Source: Lytechinus pictus
Taxonomy: Eukaryota
DNA length: 64,000 nt
Assembly: GCF_037042905.1 (NCBI RefSeq)
Contig: NC_087251.1
Span: forward strand, 27,034,001 to 27,098,000
Direction: 5' to 3'
How positions within the stretch are numbered: position 1 is the stretch's first letter; the number at the start of each line of letters is the position of its first letter. Both the position numbers and the translations under genes were made by a program. Of this stretch, positions 27,289 to 39,200 are shown piece after piece. The notes beneath the pieces are model-generated. The model was not told where the DNA came from, searched no databases, and worked only from the letters and a program-made list of their open reading frames with translations.

Positions 27289-30200
27289 CTGTACAGATAA
27301 CATGAATTTAATTGGATTTCAGTAAGTCCGTTCACCAAGTGATTTACGTTTCTAGATGTCTTTTATCTGATAACCTAGTTACAAGGCATTCCTTTAACCC
27401 AATTTTAATTAAAACACCACTTTAATTAGAATCCAGTTTAGTGAATAAATTAGCTGCTGCTATGTCTGAAAAGCTTTATAAAACAATCACGTCCTAAATA
27501 TCACACAAAACTGTGTCAGTAAACATATTGACTGTGAAACATATTTTAAAGAATACAATTGGTTAATTGATGAATGTTGAAGGTGATTCTTTGAAACTTT
27601 ATAGTGCATAAAAATTGTTTTGCAAACTGTATATTACAATACTAAACCTTGGATTAGCTGATGAAATTGTGAATTATTTGCACATGGTAGTATGTCAATG
27701 TATCATTACCCATTGTTGAAGCATTGATGGATAAGATTAGTAAGTGCATGCTTTTCATATACAACATATGCAGTGCATAATTAAAACTTGTCTCAAGCAT
27801 TTCACTTATCACTCCAATTTTGTTTGTCAATTTAATGTCGTGTGGAAAATTGCCGTCTTTTTAAACGAGCTATTTCCTCTTAAAACAAAGTGATACATAG
27901 ATTTTTAGAACAAATGCTGAGCTCTCAAGCACCAAATTTCCAAGATTTCCTTCTAAGAAAGTAACACACACCTTCTCTTGGAGCACATTATCAACCGTTT
28001 TCCGTTCCTTGGCAACCAGATTTTCATTTTGGAAAGAGATGAGAAAGGAAACTCCTGAGTATTCCCCAGAACCTTCAACGAGTACGTCCCCTTTGTCGAA
28101 TCCACCTGTTGTCTCACGATTCACATTGGTTATCTGTGTGCGTAGAGAGAAAATATGGTAGGCAGTTAATTACTGCTGGTGATGAGGTAATGGGGCAAAC
28201 TGTAGTTTCACTGCGTCAGACACATCGCTTATGCTTAGCATAACAAAGAGGTGATAGTTTCTCACCACAATTGCAATAGATGACAAAGCTTGTGATGGCC
28301 AATCACATTTGCATTTTTTGCATACATTTGTCTGGCTCACATGCAGTTTACAAATAAATATATGCGCAATAAATTGAATAATACATACTGTGCACAGATG
28401 GATAAATGCATTGCAAAATATGTGGCTTCAACTTTATGACATCGCAATAGTTCTTATTAGTAAGTATTTTGATTAAATTTGGCTTGATAAAGTAAAATAC
28501 TCGGATGTGCTATGAATATGGTACAATTTTAAGCATTTTGCTTAGCAAAGTAAAATTCTTAGTAAAATACTTAATTAATCAACACTGTCAAATTAATACC
28601 AACAGGGGAAGGGGGGTGTTTCAAAAAGATTTAAGTGCAGTATAAAAGACATCATCGCATGATCAGATCATGCCATGAGGGTGCGCACTTGTGCGTATTA
28701 ATCAATAAGACTGCGCGTTGCACATTATGTACGTGTCGGCATTTAAGTGCAACCCTAAGTCATACTTAAATATTTGTGAAACACCCCCCGGGGCTCCAAA
28801 CCCAATCAGCAATCATCTGCTGAAAATAAGTTTGGTGGACCCTTTGTAACTTATTTGTGAGGAATGGTACTTTCTCATGAGAACTATCAACAAAGTGACT
28901 GAGAAAACTTTCCTTACCTTGCCAGAGACAAGAAGCACTCCATTGCCCGCCTGCACGACGGCCTGGATAGGATCTGAACTAGAGATTTGGGATGTCATCA
29001 CGACACGACCAAGATGCCAAGCACGACTGTAAGAATATGGTATAGTTGTGGCTGATATATCCTTCGCACTCAGTGGTGCTAAGACTACCCCTCCAGAACA
29101 TCTGTATGAAATAATGAAAAAAAAAATATTTATGGCATAATATTTACTCACTACAGAAAATTTCCAGAAGCAGAAAAATCAATTGATGAACATCAAGGGT
29201 AAAAACCATATATTAAAACGTATTTTCTTGAAATAATTTTGTATTTCAGAGGCTTCTTACCAACAAGTCTATAAATTCTGGTGTGATTTGAAAAATGAGC
29301 TACACTAATTACAACTATTTGAGAAGAAACCCAGCAGACTGTTGACTAGACTAGGCCTAGAAGATCTGCAAAAAACCTTCTCCCTTTCAAAGGACTAGGG
29401 ACAGTGTTTGATTCAATACCCAAGTTGGAAACATATCAGAGTCTTCATTTGTTTGTAATAGCTTTTTGTACATTGTCAGCCTGACCTATACGGAACTGTA
29501 ATGTGTTAATTTTGGTTTGACTTACTAATTGTGCTTTCTCTTGCAATGAGAAACCTTGATATCTCATCATTGAATGCCTTTCTGCATTAAGTGAATATAA
29601 ATTCTTTGAATGACTACAGCTAATAAAATATTGAATTTCAGTATGGTCTTACCCCATTTGCGTGCCGACAACGGTACGAAAGCAGTTTTCAACCTGAACT
29701 GAGTTTGCTGCCTCTGCTATCACTGACTGCTGACTACCGTCACTAACCAAGACAGCAGGATACAAGGGCTTCTTGTGAATCGTGGGAAGGAACATCTAAC
29801 AAAACAAAGCAACAAACACAAGAAATAACACTATAACATGACAAAAGATGCTGCATGGATTTTAATCGGGAACTGCTAGTTGTATTAACAAAGTCACATT
29901 TGATGCTGAAGCTTGAATCAACAGCTTGATTTTGATTCTGTACACCAACACCCTTTGCACCCACACCTCGCTAGCCACACCGACACCACATCACCACGCA
30001 CAACCACAGGTACATTAACACTCACATCAACACATACAACACCAACACCTATATTCAAAACCTACAACCACATTCACACCAATAATAACACTAACACCAG
30101 CACCAAAATTGAAATACTAGTCATACTTGTAATTCTGGGAAAGCTCTCCCAATGCCATCAGCCACAGCAACGCCACACACACACCAATACATACATTAAC

Positions 30201-33200
30201 ACCGACACGTACATGAAAACCAACACCTATATCAACACCCACAACCAATAATAACACTAACCTAACACCCAGTGCCTACACCAATACTGACATCCGTACC
30301 ATACTTGAAATGCCTAATCATACCTGCAATTCTGGGAAAGCTCTCCCCATGCCATCACAGTCTAAGATAGGCACATCTAGGTCGGCACCAGTAATGAGAG
30401 GTTCAATCGAGTTCAAGCCACCGATCTCCGCAGCTAATATTGCACAAATCTTGTCAGATGTAGAGTTTGAAGAACACAGAGTGTAGTCCTTCACAAAGAC
30501 AAGCCCATCGTTTAAACTGCTTTCAGCATTTTCTGTCATAACAATATTTGTAGATTGAAAATGAAGAAATATGTGATTAATTGTAGATTAAAGTGATCAT
30601 TTCACTTTGTTCTGATTAAAAAAATTCTCCTTTTGGTTCCTGAAAATGGGCTAAACATGAGGCTTATAGTGTAAAAATACCAACCCAAAAGTTTCAAAGT
30701 ATTATATTTACAGGATCAATTTTAAAACCTTGGAGATGTAAACCAAAGTTTGAAATAATTGGGAGTTGGTTTCAATGACTATGTGTATACAGGGAATCTG
30801 TGCACAACACATTAATTCTAGATGAACACAGCATGACCTACATACAGTGTGTACAAGGTATACACTGAATGTACAGTGCAGCTAATAGTGTGTGTATAGG
30901 AGATACACACAACAGAAGGCAGTCAAAATAGCCAACGGACTTTTTGAATTGGAGAAAACTGGTCATAAGCTGAACCCGTCTACTAGACGGTTCTCAAAAT
31001 CAGGCTAATAAATTGCTACTTGTATCTAAATTAGAGTTTTTCATCCTATATTGTGGTCTGTTTCAGGGTTTTTGAGGACAAATACAGGCACTCATACGCA
31101 CGTTTCAACTCAGTTTGAATTTTTTTTAAATCAGCTGCTCACAAAGTCAAACGATCCCTTTAAGCTGATCAACATGAATAGTTGGATTAAAAGAGGAATC
31201 TTGTTTCAATTATGATTATTTTCAAATACAGTTTACAAACCATGTTATATGAGGTAGATAACTGCTATGGATAGTAGTTATAGCTTGAATGAGACTCAAA
31301 ATCTATTTTTTTAAGGTTGATATCATACCCCTGCATGAATGAAATAAATATGTTCAATGAAACTTCATTAAGTACTGATTACTCAATTGCATTCACTTGC
31401 TATGGCTTCTATGAGAAAAGGACTTTCGAAATTCCATTATTCCCTTTCTGATTTTCATCATAGTCTCTTAATCCCCCCAATAAATAATCAATAGTGACAT
31501 TTCATCAGAATTATGGAATATCACCTTTCAATGTTATGAAAGCAATAATCTGTACATCATTTTCAGAAGATGGAAATTCCACCTTGGAGTCAAATTGATG
31601 TTCAAATAAGAACAAGAGCGTCGCTAAGGGGAGCACGTAATACGCCCGCCTGTAACGCGGAAAATGGAGTTATTTGACCAATAAACAAGAACAGTGGAAG
31701 GTGGCGACTTCACCTTTAACCTTCTGACCTCAAAATCAATAGAATTCCTGGGATCCATGGTGGTATCATACATACCAAATTATATGAGAGTAGGTTAAGT
31801 TAAACTAAAGTTATCATGAGTAGAAGAAATTAACCAGTTGTCTCACGATGTAGCAAACGTAGTGTGAAAGCGACGTTTCGTCTGCAAGCTGCTAGACTTC
31901 GTCAGGCAATGAGCAGCTGCTGCGCACGGGTTATATAGCGTCGGGAGCTATTGTCTGGCTCCACTCGGGCGTGAGCCGCGCTGTGATTGGCCGAAGCCGC
32001 TGGCCAATCAGGGTCCGCGCTGGTGCTTGGTGCCCGCTGGAGCGTGCACCGTGCGCTGTGATTGGCCGATGCGGCCGGCCAATCAGCATCTGCGCTGGTG
32101 TCAGGCACCTGCTGGTGCGGGCGCCGTGCGCTCTGAACGGTGGATGCAGTATGCCGTCGGATGGCCGGTAACCATGCATCAGGGATCTCAATGCCGCTGT
32201 CCCTATTGATATTGCTCGGGTGCAAACGGATCTGAATCGCTTCCTTAACGCGCCGCGTATACCAATGCTTATCATGAGCAACGCAGCTGACCTCATCCCA
32301 GTTAGGTGGATGATCGGAGTCCCAAGCATGTTCTGCAACAGCCGAGCTATCAGTGCGTCTAAGCCGAACATCACGGCGATGTTCCTTCATGCGTTCCCCC
32401 ACAGGTCTACCAGTCTCACCGATGTAGACTTTGTCGCAAGTCGAGCATGGGATCTTATAAACAACCCCATCGCGTCTGTCGGGGATCGGGCGGTCTTTCG
32501 GACGGACCAGCTGGCTGTGGATGCTGTCGGACTTGAATATAACTCGGATGCCATGCTTCTCCAAGCGCCGGCGGAGAAGATGCGCGATACCATCAACAAA
32601 TGGGATTACTATAGCGGATTTAAATTGCGCAGGCTGTTCGGACGGAGCGCTCTTCTTCTTAGCAACGCGGTTAACGAAGGAGCGCGGGTAACCGTTAGAA
32701 ATAAGAGCCGAGGTGATGTGTTGCTTCTCTGTAGCTGTGCAATTGGGCTTAGTAACGATGCGTGAAGCTCTGTCATAAAGACACTTCACTACACCGCGCT
32801 TAACGGACTTCGGGTGATGCGAATCATAAGCACCTCACCTTCCTAACCCGTTGCATCAAGAACACCGTTATCCCGAAAGATCTTAGAGTTCGCCCGCCAG
32901 TACCCACCAAGTCAGCACGCATCATCGCCGAGAGGACCTCCCGCCTTTTCCTTCGTGAAAGAATCCGCCTCACCCGCATGACTCTTAACTCTATCCGCGC
33001 CGAGATTGAGTCCAGTACTACCCTTGTCCGTTCCGCGCTCGCCGAAGAGCACTACAACAGTGCTCTCGAGCTTTTCGACGATATCTACCGCTACGAATTT
33101 GAGAAGTGCAAGTCCCGACAACAGGATAAGTATCGCAAGATTAGTACAGAGGGTAAGGATAGTTCCGTATGTGCCGATACTAGCTCTCGGGTCGTCAATT

Positions 33201-36200
33201 TGTCTAAATGCAAATTGACTTCTGATGAGAGTGCGCTGCTCGCCAAGGGACTTAACTTTTCAGTAGCCCCGAAGCGTGTTCCCGCTACCGAGATTGTTGC
33301 GAAGGTGGAATCCTCCATTCGTTCACTTGATGCCGAGACCATCGGCTCCGTAAGAAGAGAGATAAATGCTATCCTCTCCTCCGCCGAACCGCCTAAACCT
33401 AACATTACTCCCGGCATGCGCAAAGCCTTGAAATCGCTCAAGGAAGACGAGTCTATTATGATTTTGCCAGCAGACAAAGGCCGTGCCAGTGTTATTCTGG
33501 ACACCGATGTCTACCGCGCCAAGATGTCCGAGTTAATTGAATCCGGCCCCTATCGCGCTATCGGGAAGGACCCGACCGATCGCCTCTCCCGCAAGCTTAC
33601 CACTATTCTTCGCGGCTTTCACAAGAATGGTGACATCGATGATTCTACCTACCGTAAGCTTAAACCGTCGCAGAAGCAACCGCCCAGGATCTATGGACTA
33701 CCTAAAATCCATAAAGCTGACATTCCGCTCCGTCCGATTGTATCATGTGTGAGTTCGTTTGCTTACAACACGTCTAAGTATCTCGCTGATATTCTTGCTC
33801 CCTTAGTCGGGTCCAATGGACATGCTGTCCATAACTCTGCATCGTTTGTTGATTTCCTGCGCAGCGAAACCATACAGGAACACGAGGTCATGGTTTCATT
33901 TGATGTGGTGTCATTGTTTACCAATGTACCCATCGACGCCGCATGCAAGGTCGCACTTAGCAGACTCGAACGCGATGAGAGTCTACCCGAGCGCACACAG
34001 TTATCTCCGGCCCAGGTAACTGAGCTTTTGAGTTTTGTTTTACAATCTACGTATTTTATGTTTGCCGGCAATTTCTACGAACAGCAAGAAGGAGCAGCCA
34101 TGGGCAGCCCTGTTTCCGCAGTAATCGCTAACTTGTTCATGGAAGCTTTTGAGGAACGCGCGCTGAGTATTTGCCCACCCGACTGCGCCCCTAGAGTTTG
34201 GAAGCGATACGTAGATGACACGTTTATTATCACGCATAGATCCGCCGCCGATGACCTTTTGAGCCACATGAATTCGCAGCAGCCATCCATCCGTTTCACC
34301 ATGGAGATGGAGTGCAACGAGCGCATTGCCTTTCTAGACACTATGGTGCACCGTGACACCAGCGGCCGATTGTACACCACCATATACAGGAAGCCCACGC
34401 ACACCGATCAGTACATTGCTTATGATTCGCATCACCCGAAGTCCGTTAAGCGTGGTGTAGTGAAGTGTCTTTATGACAGAGCTTCACGCATCGTTACTAA
34501 GCCCCATTGCACAGCTACAGAGAAGCAACACATCACCTCGGCTCTTATTTCTAACGGTTACCCGCGCTCCTTCGTTAACCGCGTTGCTAAGAAGAAGAGC
34601 GCTCCGTCCGAACAGCCTGCGCAATTTAAATCCGCTATAGTAATCCCATTTGTTGATGGTATCGCGCATCTTCTCCGCCGGCGCTTGGAGAAGCATGGCA
34701 TCCGAGTTATATTCAAGTCCGACAGCATCCGCAGCCAGCTGGTCCGTCCGAAAGACCGCCCGATCCCCGACAGACGCGATGGGGTTGTTTATAAGATCCC
34801 ATGCTCGACTTGCGACAAAGTCTACATCGGTGAGACTGGTAGACCTGTGGGGGAACGCATGAAGGAACATCGCCGTGATGTTCGGCTTAGACGCACTGAT
34901 AGCTCGGCTGTTGCAGAACATGCTTGGGACTCCGATCATCCACCTAACTGGGATGAGGTCAGCTGCGTTGCTCATGATAAGCATTGGTATACGCGGCGCG
35001 TTAAGGAAGCGATTCAGATCCGTTTGCACCCGAGCAATATCAATAGGGACAGCGGCATTGAGATCCCTGATGCATGGTTACCGGCCATCCGACGGCATAC
35101 TGCATCCACCGTTCAGAGCGCACGGCGCCCGCACCAGCAGGTGCCTGACACCAGCGCAGATGCTGATTGGCCGGCCGCATCGGCCAATCACAGCGCACGG
35201 TGCACGCTCCAGCGGGCACCAAGCACCAGCGCGGACCCTGATTGGCCAGCGGCTTCGGCCAATCACAGCGCGGCTCACGCCCGAGTGGAGCCAGACAATA
35301 GCTCCCGACGCTATATAACCCGTGCGCAGCAGCGTCTTTGCTCATTGCCTGACGAAGTCTAGCAGCTTGCAGACGAAACGTCGCTTTCACACTACGTTTG
35401 CTACATCGTGAGACAACTGGTTAATTTCTTCTACTCAATCCTTCACCACGATGAACCTCTTCCACATCATAAAGTTATCATGTTAACAAGGACTGCAGGA
35501 GGGTACGATGAAAACATGTCAGTGTGACCTTGACCTTTGACTTTTTGACCTCAAAATCACTAGGCTTCCTGGGATCCATGCTAGTATACACTCCAAATTA
35601 TATGAGCCTAGGTTAAGTTAAACTGAAGTTATCGCATTTACAAGGAAAAGTGAACGGACGGACGGACGGACACCGAGTGTGATACCATAAAACGTCCCGA
35701 CCCGTCGCTGGGCGGGCGTATAAAAATGAAATAAGTAGAACAAGTTAATGAGGGTGTGATGAAAATATTTTTTGTGTGAATTTCCATCAAAGCCATTAAT
35801 TTATTAAACATTGAAATTACCTCATCAACATTTAGCCCCTTTTTAGTGCCTCGGCAATGTCTAAGCCTCCGAGACACGACACATTTTTCTTGGGGACAGA
35901 GAATGAGATCAAAACATTACCATCCAAGACCGTGATAAGATGCAAGTCACACAATCACCGTCTTGCCTTGGAAATAAAAAAAAGTACTCAAGACACCCAA
36001 AACTATATGATTTCACTAATGCGTTGAGGTGAACCTTCAAGGAAAGTAAATACCTAGAGGTGCTGCTTGATGGTGGACATCATCTGGGTTTGCAGACAAT
36101 ATATCCTGTAGGCAGGTGAGACCCCTAGGTATCTCTGTGCCAGAGACTAACTTCTCGATCAGTACAGCTGGAGCACCCATGAAAGCTACAGAAGGAACCT

Positions 36201-39200
36201 TTCCTTGCAGAGCTGGAGTTGTACCTAATCTGAAAGAACACAAAGTATTCTGCTATCATAAAAGGATCAGTGGGGGGGGGGGCTAAATAAAATTTTATGC
36301 AATAACTTCACAATATTTTTTATTTGGAGGCCCAAAACACATTTCCTTATATATCTCATGTATATTATGGGAACTTTTTCATAATTGGGTTAATGGGCTC
36401 ATACATATTTAATCATGTTCGATGGTTCCAGATTTAAAGCAAAGTTTCATTGTGATAAATCACAGAAAATGTGGCTTCCAATGAAACTTTGTGTAAGGCA
36501 TTCGGTTTTAGAGGGAATAATGTTGCCAAACATTTTTCCTATCTTCCTCATCAGATTACTTGACAAGTTTTGATAATATAGATTACTTCTGCAAATGGAG
36601 AATACACAAAATATACATATATACAAGAAAGTTTGCTATTGGCACAGAATCTGCATGATATGACATATATTCCTCTTCTTTTATTATCATTAAACACTTA
36701 TAAATCAGCAGATATCTGACAGAAAATTCAAGTAATTTTTATGACAAGCTGGATGCCAACAAGTTTACTTGCAGCTAGGTGATAAATGCCCCCTTCCCCC
36801 CACGTTTCAGAGATGATCCAGCAAAAGTTGTCAAAAGACAACATACACATAAATTCCATAGAAATATCTTTTTTCTGGCTTCTTAACCAATCAAATTATA
36901 TGCTCCAGATATCCCAGACTTAGGGTGAATAAAAAAATAGATGTACACGTAAAATCAAGTCATACCTTATGTTTGTACATTTAAAGTTTTTTCGGATCAC
37001 AAAGTATCTATTTTTCTGCAATATGCTAGATGGATTTATTCATATCTTTATAGGAGGGCTGTGCTCATCAATACTACATGAAACATGAAATAAGGGTCAA
37101 CGTAGTATAATGATGAATAATAAGCAGCCACATACAGCACCTAAGCATTGACCAGATATTTGACTTAATAAATTTTGAAAATGACTCTTGTAACATTCAA
37201 AATTTAGCATTTAATATGTGTTTACCCCTACTCATTCACGACTTGACCAAGCAATATCATTTTTACATGAAAAAAGTTAGGGTAGAAACATGTGTCATCA
37301 TAATGATAAAAATGATCATAATCTTACATGTATTTGATATTTGAAAGAAATAACTTCTCGACAAATTAGGTGTAAATTGAGTGAGTTGTTCTTACCTCTC
37401 CGGGGCAATGATCCTGATTCTCTTGCCACTCCTCAGTTGTTTAAGAGCCCTCAGTTTGCCCATATAGGGGCTTCCACCTCCCCCAGATCCAAGTAACCCA
37501 GCTCCAATAGTGATGTACTCAATGTCTCGTTCACTGATGATCCATTCACCCGTCGATGGATCAATGTGGGGTTGATATTCTAGTGGAGAATGAGAATGAA
37601 AGTGAGTGAATGTTGTGAAAGTGAAAGAGAGAATGATCATGATAGGGAAAGAGAGATCGAGAATGAGAAGGAGGGTGAGGATAAAAGTGAGATTGAGGGC
37701 AAGAGTGGGCATTAGAATTATAATGAGTGTTGTGAAAGTGAAAGAGATTGCGAGAGGGAGAGATTGAGTGTGAGAATGAGGGTGAAGATGACAGTAATAT
37801 TGAGGGTGAGAGTGGGAATTAGAATTATAATGAGTGAGAGTTGTGAAAGTGAGAGTGAGGGCAAGGGTGAGACTGAGATTGAAGGTGGGGTGATTGCAAT
37901 TAAACCACAGTATACTCAACTCCATGTATTAATCACAGTGAAACTGCTACTCACAGCCCCGGCTATACCTTGTCCATTTTTGGAAAAAAAGTGATCGATC
38001 CCAAAACATCTCATGATAATGAATGTTGGTGGCACATGTATAATGAAATGCACATAGGGTGAGGGTAAGAGAGGTTAAGAATAAGAGTGGGATTTCGATT
38101 GAAGGTGAGGGGGAGATTGCAATTAAGGGTGAGGGTTTGACTGAGAATGAGGATGGTATGAGAGTGAAAGTGAGATGTAGAAGTAGTAGATACAGAAGTG
38201 GTAGATGTAGATGTAGTAGATGATGAAGAAGTACTGTATAAGCTGTTATTTTTCGCGTACAGAATTTTTCGCAAATCGAGGGGTCCCGACATTTTCGCAG
38301 GTTTTTGAATTCGTGATCGGAAGGTGTACCAAGCACTTTCACATCATTTCAGAAGCAAAAATAGTGCAAAACATTTGCAAAATTATGCTCCTCAAACCCC
38401 ATGCTGACGTGTCCTTTGTACAAAAATATGTTCCTGTAAAAACAGTTACAAAGTGTGAAAAAAGTGGCTTGAATTTCACTTTTTTTTGTACCTTTAAATC
38501 TGAAAATTCATCATGTCACAGTTTGATCTGTAAGAGTAATCTTTGGAAGTTGTGTTTTGTTAGATTCATATTTAAAAAGTTGGTTTCAGTGCAAAAATGT
38601 TGAATTTTGTGAACAAAATCTCACACCTTCAAAAGCTCTGGTCATGTGACTTATGAATATTAATGAGTATGCATGCAAATAGCTGCCAATATAAGTGTGT
38701 ATAGAGATGACAATAAAATCAAATTTTTTTATGGTAAATACTTTATAATATTGCAGTGAATAAATAAATATTGATAAACACATGTCAGGAAATAATTTAG
38801 ACTCTGATTTTGTTGAGAAATAAAAAAGTGAAATTCTAGCTAACTTTTTGAATTACTAACCATACTTTTTCAACCTCATTTTTGTACATATATAGGTGCT
38901 TACTTATCTCCACAACTGAGCATTGTGGCGTGCGCCTGTAATCCAAGCTATGTGGGAAAGTTACAAATTGATGCAGTGGTTCGAGCCCTGGTCACGTCTT
39001 TCGGATGGTGACGTTAAAGGTCGGTCCCAGACCACGTATGTTCACGGCCTCAACTCAGTGGAGCGCGCCATTGAAAGGCCTTTTCGCCTAGCAATATTGT
39101 TAGCGACGTTTGTTAGCATTACTTTGCTCACTCTCCAAAATGTCTGCGACATTAAAATTCTAAACAAGTGGAATGCCTCTGGCCGTCTCACCTGCATCAC

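Larger units (their letters stand above)
31817..35469 (+). mobile_element. Penelope-like retroelement with inverted 3' copy at its 5' end
   Basis: 31817-32832 is the reverse complement of 34417-35437. A ~32-nt tail (35438-35469) is present only on the right. TSD TAAAGTTATCAT(G) at 31806-31818 and 35470-35482. Encodes RT + GIY-YIG. Confidence 0.93.
31611..35726. mobile_element. Helentron-associated (HINE/DINE-1-like) non-autonomous element split by the Penelope insertion
   Basis: AACAAG start; subterminal IR TACGCCCGCC (31641) / GGCGGGCGTA (35711); TGACCT(T)-rich core repeats; (GGAC)n microsatellite; A-run end. Confidence 0.65.

Noticed and set aside
31931..35390. Many overlapping alternative-frame and antisense ORFs
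   Set aside because: By-products of GC-rich Penelope coding sequence and its inverted duplicate
38915..39040. Functional SRP/7SL RNA gene
   Set aside because: Similarity stops after ~45 nt; no S domain follows
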